Positions 1 to 8,699 of a DNA stretch of 50,258 nt are shown piece by piece. The stretch spans positions 1 through 50,258 of the forward strand of contig JAUSBQ010000370.1 in assembly GCA_030651965.1 (NCBI GenBank). The letters run 5' to 3'. The notes under the pieces were generated by a model that was given only the letters and a program-made list of their open reading frames with translations, did no database searches and was not told the origin of the DNA. Position 1 is the first letter of the stretch. Every line of letters begins with the position of its first letter. The DNA is from Pseudolabrys sp. (GTDB taxonomy: Bacteria; Pseudomonadota; Alphaproteobacteria; Rhizobiales; Xanthobacteraceae). Both the position numbers and the translations under genes were made by a program.

Positions 1-2
1 CT

Positions 3-473
3 CCCGTTCAGTTTCGCCTCAACAATTCGGACCGCGCAACCTTTGCGGAAGCCGTCGACAATCTTCTGACGACTTTGCGCCGCGGGCTCAACGAGTTCGG
101 GCCGAAATACGGCTGCGGACAAGGCACATGTGGGGCCTGCACCGTGCTGATCGACGGTGAGCCGCAGCTCGCCTGCCTCACGTTGACGGTCGCCTGCGAG
201 GGCCGCCATGTGGAAACGGTGTCCGGCATGGCCGATGGGCCTAACATGCACCCGCTACAGAACGCCTTCATGGACAATTTCGCGGCGCAATGCGGCTTCT
301 GCACGCCCGGCATGCTGATGGCCGCGCGCGCGCTGCTCGACCGCAATCCGAACCCGAGCCGCGAAGATGTCGTCGAGGCGATCGCGGGAAATATCTGCCG
401 TTGCACCGGCTATGAGCCGATCATCAGCGCCATTCTCGCCGCGGCTGGCGCCCGCGGCGAGAGACGCGCCTGA
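3..473 (+). CDS. (2Fe-2S)-binding small subunit of a xanthine dehydrogenase-family molybdenum hydroxylase (CoxS/NdhS-like), 5'-partial
   Basis: GCGQGTCGAC...C and QCGFC...CRC iron-sulfur motifs; the frame stays open upstream of the listed TTG at 75 to the window edge (PVQFRLNNSDRATF...). Confidence 0.93.
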   Translation, partial: PVQFRLNNSDRATFAEAVDNLLTTLRRGLNEFGPKYGCGQGTCGACTVLIDGEPQLACLTLTVACEGRHVETVSGMADGPNMHPLQNAFMDNFAAQCGFCTPGMLMAARALLDRNPNPSREDVVEAIAGNICRCTGYEPIISAILAAAGARGERRA

Positions 474-484
474 AGGAGAACGCG

Positions 485-2227
485 ATGCTCGATATCCGGA
501 AGGACATCTTCGCCAATGAGCGCGACGACAATCTCAACGTCGTCGGCAAAGGCATCCAGCGCCAGGATATGCCGGGCCATGTTACCGGGCGTTCGCCCTT
601 CTTCGATGATCACGCCTTCGAGGGATTGCTGCACCTGAAGGTCGTGCGCAGCCCGCATCATCATGCCCGCATCCGCTCCATCGATGTCAGCGCGGCGGAG
701 CGCGCACCGGGCGTGAAGCGGATCCTGCGGGCGGCGGATGTGCCGGTGAACAAGAACACGCTGCTGAGCCTGATCAATTTCGGCAAGGACGACGAGCCCT
801 CGCTCGCACTCGACAAGGTCCATTACAAGGGTGAGCCTGTCGTCGCCATCATCGCCGACAGCGAGGCTGCCGCAATGGCCGCGCGCAGACTGGTGCGGAT
901 CGACTACGAAGCCCTGCCCCACGTATTCGACGTCGAGGAAGCGCTCAAGCCCGGTGCGCCCGTCGTCAACGAAACCTATCCGAACAATTATTTCGAATAT
1001 CACGACAAGTTCGACCATCAGAAGCTGCGCTTCGGCGACACGGAAAAGGCCTTCAAGTCGGCCGACATCGTGATCGAAGAGCGCTATCAGATGTCTCCCA
1101 TCGAGCATGCGCCGACCGAGACCAACGGCTCCATCGCCGCGCCGGAGCAAGACAACCGCTTCGTCGTGCATTCCTGCGCGCAGGGACTATTCTTCTCGCT
1201 GGGTACCGCGGCAAAGATCCTCGACATCGAATCCAACCGGCTGCATTTCATCGGCGGCACGGTGGGCGGCGGCTTCGGCGGCAAGGTGGATTCGCTCACC
1301 GAACCGCTGGCGATCCTCGGCGCGATGCTGACGGGGCGGCCCGTGCGCTACGTGCTCGATCGCGAGGAAGAGATGCTCTACGGCTCGCCGCGCGGCGCCG
1401 AGCGCATCTACGTCAAGGATGGCGTGATGCGCGACGGGCGCATCATCGCGCGCCACATCCGCTCCTATTTCGATGCCGGCGCCTATACCCGCCTCTCCTC
1501 CTATGCCGCCGTCAAATGCACGGCGCATGTCCCAGGCCCCTACTGGATCCCGAATGCCTCGTCGGACATCTACGTCGCCTACACCAACCGCTGCCCCTCC
1601 ACAGCGATGCGCGGCTTCGGCATCACGGCGGTCGATTTTGCGCTCGAAGTGCAAATGGACAAGCTGGCCCATGCCGTGAACATGGATCCGATGGAATTCC
1701 GCATCCTCAACGCCTATCGCGATAATGACATGAAGCCGCACCGGCGCGTGGCGAAGAACACGGCGCTGATCGAATGCGTGCAGGTGGCGGCAGAGAAAGC
1801 GCGCTGGCCGATCTCCGACAATGCCAAGCGGCAATCCTCGCTCGTGGGCGGCGGCGAAGGTGAGCGCGGGCAAATCCCCGCCACGCTCATCGACCAGCGC
1901 GGGCAGATCGGCCGCCCCGAGACACGCAACGCGCCATCGACGCAGACTTTGCCGGCCGGCACCACGCGCATCCCGCTGACCAAACAGCCCGAGCTTGAAG
2001 GCAGCCGCGACTCCCGCGCCGCAGCGCCGAACGTGCCGCGCTACGAACCGGCGCGTCCAATGGCGCAGCCGGCGGTGCAGGCCCCCGCGCCGCTCGCCCC
2101 GATGTCGCCCACTGCTCCACCGCCTCAGCCTGTTGCAGCGCCTCCCGGCGCCGCGCCCACGCCGGGCGCGACGCCGCAACACGGCGCGATGCGCTTCTCC
2201 TCCGTATTCGGCACAAGGAGGCGCTGA
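485..2227 (+). CDS. Molybdopterin-binding subunit, N-terminal half (NdhL-like large subunit), with a Pro/Ala-rich C-terminal extension
   Basis: RSPHHHARI, GGGFGGK and AMRGFG motifs; AAGGAG RBS upstream; lacks the C-terminal KGxGE half. Confidence 0.92.
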   Translation: MLDIRKDIFANERDDNLNVVGKGIQRQDMPGHVTGRSPFFDDHAFEGLLHLKVVRSPHHHARIRSIDVSAAERAPGVKRILRAADVPVNKNTLLSLINFGKDDEPSLALDKVHYKGEPVVAIIADSEAAAMAARRLVRIDYEALPHVFDVEEALKPGAPVVNETYPNNYFEYHDKFDHQKLRFGDTEKAFKSADIVIEERYQMSPIEHAPTETNGSIAAPEQDNRFVVHSCAQGLFFSLGTAAKILDIESNRLHFIGGTVGGGFGGKVDSLTEPLAILGAMLTGRPVRYVLDREEEMLYGSPRGAERIYVKDGVMRDGRIIARHIRSYFDAGAYTRLSSYAAVKCTAHVPGPYWIPNASSDIYVAYTNRCPSTAMRGFGITAVDFALEVQMDKLAHAVNMDPMEFRILNAYRDNDMKPHRRVAKNTALIECVQVAAEKARWPISDNAKRQSSLVGGGEGERGQIPATLIDQRGQIGRPETRNAPSTQTLPAGTTRIPLTKQPELEGSRDSRAAAPNVPRYEPARPMAQPAVQAPAPLAPMSPTAPPPQPVAAPPGAAPTPGATPQHGAMRFSSVFGTRRR

Positions 2228-2228
2228 C

Positions 2229-3257
2229 ATGGCACGTCACAAAGGCCGCGGCATGGCCTCCATCAACTATCCCATCGGCATGAATCTCGGAGGCGACCCC
2301 AGCCAGGCGCTGATCCACTCCAATCCAGATGGCAAGTTCACCGTGGCGCTGTCCGCGATCGATCTCGGCCAGGGCATGAAACAGGTCACGCGGCAGGTGG
2401 CAGCGGAAACGCTCGGCGTGCCGATCGAGGATGTCTATGTCGATACCGCCGACAGCGATACCGGCCCGCACGACATGGGCTCTTTCGCCTCGCGCGGCAC
2501 GCATCGCATGGGCAACGCGGTGATCGCGGCAGCGCGCGAGGCACGCGGCGTTCTGCTGGAAGCGGCGGCGGAGGAGCTTGAGGTCAATGCCGCCGATCTG
2601 GTCACCGACGGGCGCGGCAATATCCATGTCCGCGGCGCTCCTTCCCGTACGATCACCGTGCGCGCGACCGCGCAGGCCGCACAGTTCAAGCAGGGCAAGA
2701 CCATCGCCGGGCGCGGCATTTTTCTCGTGCCGCTCTCTACGGTCGATGCGGAAACCGGAGAGATGAACCCGAACACCGCCTTCGCCCATGCCTGCCTCGT
2801 CGCGGATGTCGAGGTGGATGACGAAACCGGCGAAGTGACATTGCTCGGCATCACGAGCGCGTATGAGCTAGGCCGTGCGCTCAACCCGAAAATGGTGGAG
2901 CAACAGCTCGTCGGCGGCGCCTGGATGGGCCAGAGCCATGCGCTGTTCGAAACGCCGGAACCCTATTATCCAAATCCCGATCACGGTCCGCGCGATTTCA
3001 ACGAGTACCTGATGCCCGGGCCTGGCGATATCGCGCCCTATTCGGTGAGCGTGCTGGAGCGCCCCGCACCGGATGGCCCCTTCGGTGGCAAGGGGCCCGG
3101 CGAGATGTGCGCCAATCCGGTGCTGCCGGCGGTGGCCAACGCAGTGTTTAACGCGGTCGGTGTCCGGGTGGACGAACTTCCGATAACGCCCGAGAAAGTG
3201 CTGCGCGGCATCCGCGCGATTGGCGGCGCGCAACCGCAAGCAAGACGGGGCGGCTGA
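2229..3257 (+). CDS. Molybdopterin-binding subunit, C-terminal half (NdhM-like medium subunit)
   Basis: ATG at 2229 after AAGGAG; DLGQG, SFASRGT, VEQQLVGG and catalytic KGPGE motifs. Confidence 0.92.
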   Translation: MARHKGRGMASINYPIGMNLGGDPSQALIHSNPDGKFTVALSAIDLGQGMKQVTRQVAAETLGVPIEDVYVDTADSDTGPHDMGSFASRGTHRMGNAVIAAAREARGVLLEAAAEELEVNAADLVTDGRGNIHVRGAPSRTITVRATAQAAQFKQGKTIAGRGIFLVPLSTVDAETGEMNPNTAFAHACLVADVEVDDETGEVTLLGITSAYELGRALNPKMVEQQLVGGAWMGQSHALFETPEPYYPNPDHGPRDFNEYLMPGPGDIAPYSVSVLERPAPDGPFGGKGPGEMCANPVLPAVANAVFNAVGVRVDELPITPEKVLRGIRAIGGAQPQARRGG

Positions 3258-3259
3258 CC

Positions 3260-4144
3260 ATGGCGCTTCGTACCACCATCGCCGGCATTTCGAGCCCCGA
3301 AGCGCTCGCGGAAGCGCTCAAGTCGGCGTTGTATCTCGCGGATGACGGCATCGCGACCGCCGGCTATCTGTCGCTTGCCCTCGGCAAACCGCTGTTGCTG
3401 GAAGGCGCGCCGGGCGTCGGCAAAACCGAGGCCGCGAAGGCGATCGCCGGCATTCTCGGACGGCAGTTGATCCGGCTGCAATGTTTCGAGGGGATCGACG
3501 CCGCGGCAGCGCTCTACGAATGGAATTATCCCCGCCAGATGCTGGCGATCCGGCAGGCGCAGGACGGAACCAACACCGATATCTACCGCGATGAATTCCT
3601 GATCGAGCGACCGATGCTCGCGGCGCTGCGCCGGCCGGAATCGACCGTGCTGCTCATCGACGAAATCGACCGTTCCGACCATGAGTTCGAAGCATTCCTG
3701 CTCGAATTCCTCTCCGACTTCTCGATTTCGATCCCCGAGCGCGGCACGCTGCGCGCGGCGGAACGCCCGGTGGTGATCCTTACCTCGAACCGCACGCGCG
3801 ACCTGCATGAAGCGCTGAGGCGGCGTTGCGTCTATCATTACATTGCCTATCCCGATCCGGCGCGCGAGGCCGAGATCATCATGCTGCGCTCATCCTCCGT
3901 CGCGGAAAGCACGGCGCGCGCGGTGGTGGCGGCTGTCGGCATCCTGCGCAACGAGCCGCTCTCGAAACCTCCCGGCGTTGCCGAGGCGGTGGACTGGGCA
4001 GAGGCCGCGACGGCGCTCGCCCTCACCGGCGCATCCTGGCCTGAAGCGTTCCGCCGTTCCATCGGCACGGCAATCAAGGATGAGGAAGACCTCGCCCATC
4101 TGCGCCCCCGCCTCGCGCAATTCATCCCGGGAATGGCGGCATGA
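3260..4144 (+). CDS. MoxR-family AAA+ ATPase (CoxD-like)
   Basis: Walker A GAPGVGKT, Walker B LLIDE, LYEWNYPRQML and EALRRRC motifs. Confidence 0.93.
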   Translation: MALRTTIAGISSPEALAEALKSALYLADDGIATAGYLSLALGKPLLLEGAPGVGKTEAAKAIAGILGRQLIRLQCFEGIDAAAALYEWNYPRQMLAIRQAQDGTNTDIYRDEFLIERPMLAALRRPESTVLLIDEIDRSDHEFEAFLLEFLSDFSISIPERGTLRAAERPVVILTSNRTRDLHEALRRRCVYHYIAYPDPAREAEIIMLRSSSVAESTARAVVAAVGILRNEPLSKPPGVAEAVDWAEAATALALTGASWPEAFRRSIGTAIKDEEDLAHLRPRLAQFIPGMAA

Positions 4145-5265
4145 GCGTGAACACGAGCGCGAAGGTGCCCGGTGCGGTGCGTCCGCTGATCGCCTTTCCG
4201 GCCGTGCTGCGCGGGCACGGCTTCATGATCGCGCCCGAGCAGACGGTGAGTTTCCTTCAGGCGGTCGAATTGCTGGGACCCCGGACGATCGAGCATGTGC
4301 GCAAGGCGGCGGTTGCGACGCTTGCGCCTCACCCCGAGCAGCGTGCGACCTTTGACGCTCTGTTCGACATGCATTTCCTTGGCGCTATCGGCGAGCCGGG
4401 CGAGGATAGCTTCGAGCCAGATGACGAGATGCAGGTGCAGGACGACATCGGCACCGAAGAGATTGTGATCGGCGACGAGGTCAACGAAACCGGCCAGGTC
4501 GCCACGGGCGCGGAAGCCCTCGCGATCCGCGCTTTGCGCCCACCCGACGATGCGGACACCCTGCGACGTTTTGGCGATGCGCTACCGGCTGCCCTGCCCC
4601 ACCGACGCGGCTATCGCAACAGAGCGGCGCGGCGCGGCAAGGGCATCGACCTGGCCCGGAGCCTGCGGGCGGCAATGCGGAACGAAGGCGAGGTGATGGA
4701 CCTCAAGCGGCTGCGGCGCGCAACGCGCCCCCGCCCTGTTCTTCTATTGATCGACGTGTCCGGCTCGATGAAGCAGCGCAGCGATGTGCATCTCGCGCTG
4801 GCGCATGAAATCGTCCATGCGATGCCGCGCGTTGAAGTTTTCACCTTCGGCACGCGGCTCACCCGCCTCACCCGCGCCTTGCGGCTCAAGAACCGTGAGC
4901 AGGCGCTTGCTGAGGCCTCCGGCCTTGTATCCGACTGGGATGGCGGCACCCGCATCGGCGATGCGCTTGAAGCGTTCCTCGCCGTGCCGCGCTTTGCCGG
5001 CTACGCCCGCGGCGCCAACGTTATCGTGCTTTCCGACGGGCTGGAGCGCGGCGATCCCTCCACGATGATCCGCGCCGTCCACCGTCTCGCGGCGCGCGCC
5101 TTCCGCATCGACTGGTTCACGCCGCTTGCCATCGATCCCGCGTACCGGCCGGAGACCGAAGCGCTGCGCGCGATCCGTCCGCTGCTCGCTTCGCTCGGCG
5201 ATGCCAGTTCCACATCCCGGCTGTGCCGGGCGATTCTTGCCATCGGGGAGACACGAGCAGCATGA
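4141..5265 (+). CDS. VWA-domain protein (CoxE-like)
   Basis: MIDAS motif DVSGSM, WDGGTRIG, LSDGLERGD; ATGA overlap with the AAA+ gene. Confidence 0.92.
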   Translation: MSVNTSAKVPGAVRPLIAFPAVLRGHGFMIAPEQTVSFLQAVELLGPRTIEHVRKAAVATLAPHPEQRATFDALFDMHFLGAIGEPGEDSFEPDDEMQVQDDIGTEEIVIGDEVNETGQVATGAEALAIRALRPPDDADTLRRFGDALPAALPHRRGYRNRAARRGKGIDLARSLRAAMRNEGEVMDLKRLRRATRPRPVLLLIDVSGSMKQRSDVHLALAHEIVHAMPRVEVFTFGTRLTRLTRALRLKNREQALAEASGLVSDWDGGTRIGDALEAFLAVPRFAGYARGANVIVLSDGLERGDPSTMIRAVHRLAARAFRIDWFTPLAIDPAYRPETEALRAIRPLLASLGDASSTSRLCRAILAIGETRAA

Positions 5266-6143
5266 CGGGCCTGGTTGACGCGCATTTCCATATCTGGCGG
5301 CAGGCCGATCTTCCCTGGTTGATGGGTCCGATGCAGCCGCGCATTTTTGGGCCTTATGAGCCGATCCGGCGCGATTATCCGGTCGAGGAGTATCTCGCCG
5401 ATTGCCGGCCGGAAGGTTTTACCGAAGCCGTTTACGTGCAGGCGAACTGGGCGCCGGGACGCGCGCTGGACGAGGTTCGGTTCGTGGCGGAGTCGAGCGA
5501 GCGCGCCGGCTTTCCGATTGCGATCGTCGCCTATGCCGACATGCTCGCCGCCGACATCCGGCCGCAACTCGATGCCTTGGCCGCCGAGCCCTCCGTGCGC
5601 GGCGTCCGGATGCAGATCCATTGGCATGAGAACCCGCTCTATCGATTTGCGCAGACGCCCGATCTGGCGCGCGATCCGGTCCTGCAACGCAACGTCGCGC
5701 GGCTCGTAGACTATGGCTGGAGTTTCGATCTTCAGGTCTTCGCCAGCCAGATGGACGGCGCGGCCAACCTGGCCAAAGCCTGCCCGAAAGTGACCTTCGT
5801 GCTCCAGCACGCCGGCATGCTGGAGGATCTGACGCCGGCAGGCATCGCAGCGTGGCGCGAGGGCATGACGCGCCTCGCCGCCTGCCCCAATATCGTCAGC
5901 AAGCTGTCGGGCCTCGGCACGTTCCTCCGGCGCAACGATCCGGCGCATATCGCCTTCATTGCCGGCGAAACGCTGAAGCTGTTCGGCGCCGAGAGCTGCC
6001 TGTTCGGCTCGAACTTTCCCATCGAGAAGCTGTGGACCACCTATGCCGCGCTTGTCGGCGCGCATCGCGCCGCCGTCCCGACGGCCGATCATGAACACGT
6101 ATTCAACAAAACCGCGCGCCGGGTCTACCGGCTCGGACAATAG
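5262..6143 (+). CDS. Amidohydrolase_2 (COG3618 lactonase-like) protein
   Basis: N-terminal DAHFHIW, SFDLQ, LQHAG and FGSNFP motifs; ATGA overlap places the start at 5262. Confidence 0.88.
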   Translation: MTGLVDAHFHIWRQADLPWLMGPMQPRIFGPYEPIRRDYPVEEYLADCRPEGFTEAVYVQANWAPGRALDEVRFVAESSERAGFPIAIVAYADMLAADIRPQLDALAAEPSVRGVRMQIHWHENPLYRFAQTPDLARDPVLQRNVARLVDYGWSFDLQVFASQMDGAANLAKACPKVTFVLQHAGMLEDLTPAGIAAWREGMTRLAACPNIVSKLSGLGTFLRRNDPAHIAFIAGETLKLFGAESCLFGSNFPIEKLWTTYAALVGAHRAAVPTADHEHVFNKTARRVYRLGQ

Positions 6144-6161
6144 AACGAAGGGGAGGCTCTC

Positions 6162-7010
6162 ATGGCTTTGGAAATCAAGATTCTCGACTATGGCGATATC
6201 GAGCTTGAGTCGAGCTTCCTCGTGCTCGGGCGCGACTGCGGCCGCGTACGCCGCGTCAATACCTTTGGCTTTCTGGTCCTCGGCGGCCCCTGGCCCATCG
6301 TGATCGACACCGGCTATCGGCACAACCAGATCATGGAGAGCCTCGGCATGCGCGGCCTCCAGTTCCACGAAAACATGATCGAGAACCAGCTCGCCAAATT
6401 CGGCGTGCGCATGGGCGACGTGCGCTACGTTCTGCACACGCACCTGCATATCGACCACGCCGGCAAGGACGAACTGTTCCCGATGAACACCACCGTGATC
6501 ATCAACCGGCGCGAATTGGAATATTCGGTCTCGGGCCTGATGCATCCGCAATATCCCGCGCCCGACATCAAGCACCTCATCGACCGGCTGCACACCAGGG
6601 ACGCCTTGCGCCTGGAGGACCTCGAACTCTCCGGGCCGATCGAACTGTTCCCCGGCTGCACCATGGAAGTGGCCGGCGCGCATACCGAAGGCTCGATGAA
6701 TGTCCACGTCGACACGACGGAAGGCCGCGCCACTATCTGCGGCGACGTCATCTACGACTTCAACGACCAGATCGTGAACCCCTTCCACGAACTTCACGCC
6801 AACGAGCCGCGCGTCACCGGCAATCACGGCGTCTCCAAGCGCGAGGAAAAGGCCGCGATCAAGAAGCTGCTCTCCAGCTCGAAATTCCTGCTGCCGGTGC
6901 ATGACAAGCCCGCGAAGATTGCCGGCGGGCAAGTGGTCGGGCGAATGGACATGGCCGTGCCGGGCCCGGTGGTTCAAAGCCTGCCGGTGCGCAACTGGTT
7001 CGCCATGTAG
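6162..7010 (+). CDS. Metallo-beta-lactamase-fold hydrolase (N-acyl homoserine lactonase family)
   Basis: IDTG, THLHIDHAG (HxHxDH), GAHTEG, CGD and PVHD metal ligands; GGGAGG RBS. Confidence 0.88.
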   Translation: MALEIKILDYGDIELESSFLVLGRDCGRVRRVNTFGFLVLGGPWPIVIDTGYRHNQIMESLGMRGLQFHENMIENQLAKFGVRMGDVRYVLHTHLHIDHAGKDELFPMNTTVIINRRELEYSVSGLMHPQYPAPDIKHLIDRLHTRDALRLEDLELSGPIELFPGCTMEVAGAHTEGSMNVHVDTTEGRATICGDVIYDFNDQIVNPFHELHANEPRVTGNHGVSKREEKAAIKKLLSSSKFLLPVHDKPAKIAGGQVVGRMDMAVPGPVVQSLPVRNWFAM

Positions 7011-7038
7011 GGAATGAACCCGGACGGAGGATTTTGCC

Positions 7039-8634
7039 ATGACAACGCATGTCGCCGTCCGGCTGGGCTTCGCCGATCTCATCGATCTGTGGGCGCCGGT
7101 GCGCCAGATCGGCACTGGATTCCAGTTCACCGAAGGCCCGATCTGGCATCCGCGCGAAGGCTATTTGCTGTTCTCCGACATGCCCGGCGATGTGCGCCGC
7201 CGATACGATGCATCCGGCATTCGGGAGGTGATGAAACCGGCGAACAAGTGCAACGACATGACCTACGATGCCGAGCTCAACCTCATCGTCTGCGAGCACG
7301 CGACTTCCACCCTGGTGCGCGAGCGCCCGGACGGGCGGCGCGAGGTCCTTGCCGCGCAGTTCGAGGGGATGGAGCTCAACAGCCCCAATGATGTCTGCAT
7401 CAAATCCGACGGCTCGATCTATTTCTCCGATCCCTGGTATGGCCGCATGCCCGTCTACGGCGTCGAACGGCCGCGCCAGCTTGGCTTTCAGGGCGTCTAT
7501 CGTGTGCCGCCGGGCGGTGGAAAACCCCAATTGCTGGTGGACCGCTATCTGTTCGAGCAGCCGAACGGGCTGTGTTTCTCGCCGGATGAGAAGCTGCTCT
7601 ACATCAACGATACGGTGCAGCAGTTGATCCGGGTCTTTGAGGTCCAGCCCGATGGCACGCTGGCTGGAGGGCGGGTTCTTGCCTCGGGCATTTATTCGCC
7701 CATCGAGCCGGGCGTGCCGGACGGCATGAAATGCGATGCGCAAGGCAATGTCTGGGTCTGCGCTCCCGGTGGCGTCTGGGTCTATGCGCCGGATGGCGCG
7801 CTGATCGGCAAGGTGCGCGTGCCCGAACTCGTCGGGAACCTGACCTGGGGCGGCCCGGATTTTCGCACGCTGTTTCTCACGGCGACTCACTCAGTCTACG
7901 CGGTGGAGACCAGAATCGGCCCGCGCATCGAACCCTACATGCGGCAAGCGGCGGCGCGAAGCGGGCCGACACCGCAGGCTGGCGCCAGCATCGCCCGCAA
8001 CGGCGCGATGAAAGCGGCCCCCGGCTATACGCTCGAACCGTCGCGCTGCGCGCTCATCATCCAGGACATGCAGAACGATGTGGTGATGGAAGGCGGTGCC
8101 TTCGCCGCTTCCGGCTCACCGATCCATTGCCGGGAGCAGAATGCGATTGCCAACGCTTCCCGGCTGGCCGCGGCCGCGCGCGCGCGCGGCATTCCCGTCA
8201 TTCACGTCTGGTTCGTGGTTGAAGCCGGCTGCCCCGGCGTGACGATGAATGCGCCGCTTTTCGAAGGCCTTGCGGATACACACGCGATGGTGCGCGGAAG
8301 CTGGGGTTCAGCTCCCGCGCCGGGCCTTGAGGCCCAGCCGGGCGACCATATCGTCGAGAAGCAGCGCATGAGCGCCTGGGAGGGAACGCGGCTTGAAACC
8401 GTGCTGAAAGCCCTCAAGCGCGACATCGTTATCGTCACCGGGGCGTGGACGAACATGTCGATCGAGCACACCTCCCGCACCGGAGCGGACAAGGGGTACT
8501 ACATGGTGGTGCCGGAGGATTGCTGTTCGACGATGAATGCCGAATGGCACACGGCTTCGGTGAATTACGCCCTCCAGAACGTGGCCGTGGTGACGGATGC
8601 CGACGCCTTGGTCGGATCCTGGCAGCCTGGGTAA
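7039..8634 (+). CDS. Fusion of an SMP-30/gluconolactonase domain and an isochorismatase-like (cysteine hydrolase fold) domain
   Basis: FTEGP, NSPND, QPNG and PDG beta-propeller motifs in the N-terminal ~300 aa; QDMQND, EKQRMSAW and GAWTNMSIEHT in the C-terminal domain; GGAGGA RBS. Confidence 0.9.
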   Translation: MTTHVAVRLGFADLIDLWAPVRQIGTGFQFTEGPIWHPREGYLLFSDMPGDVRRRYDASGIREVMKPANKCNDMTYDAELNLIVCEHATSTLVRERPDGRREVLAAQFEGMELNSPNDVCIKSDGSIYFSDPWYGRMPVYGVERPRQLGFQGVYRVPPGGGKPQLLVDRYLFEQPNGLCFSPDEKLLYINDTVQQLIRVFEVQPDGTLAGGRVLASGIYSPIEPGVPDGMKCDAQGNVWVCAPGGVWVYAPDGALIGKVRVPELVGNLTWGGPDFRTLFLTATHSVYAVETRIGPRIEPYMRQAAARSGPTPQAGASIARNGAMKAAPGYTLEPSRCALIIQDMQNDVVMEGGAFAASGSPIHCREQNAIANASRLAAAARARGIPVIHVWFVVEAGCPGVTMNAPLFEGLADTHAMVRGSWGSAPAPGLEAQPGDHIVEKQRMSAWEGTRLETVLKALKRDIVIVTGAWTNMSIEHTSRTGADKGYYMVVPEDCCSTMNAEWHTASVNYALQNVAVVTDADALVGSWQPG

Positions 8635-8699
8635 TTGTCTTTCGGTCTCACATCGCGGGCATTTGGTGATGACGTTGGACCGGGCGCTAAGCCACGCAC

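Noticed and set aside
1995-2228. N-terminal extension of the second Mo subunit given in the ORF track
   Set aside because: It overlaps the upstream gene; the RBS supports ATG 2229. Similar over-long starts were trimmed for other genes (e.g. 29763, 36232, 37527, 45072, 50062)
2225-2231. Selenocysteine read-through or programmed frameshift joining the two Mo subunit genes
   Set aside because: The second gene is in another frame, has its own RBS and ATG, and no slippery site or SECIS-like support was seen
1-5265. Aerobic CO dehydrogenase (cox) cluster
   Set aside because: CoxD/CoxE-like genes are present, but the Mo subunit has AMRGFG rather than AYxCSFR or AYRGAGR
5001-7130. 709-aa minus-strand ORF
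   Set aside because: Antisense shadow of well-supported plus-strand genes; no motifs; long shadow ORFs are expected in high-GC DNA
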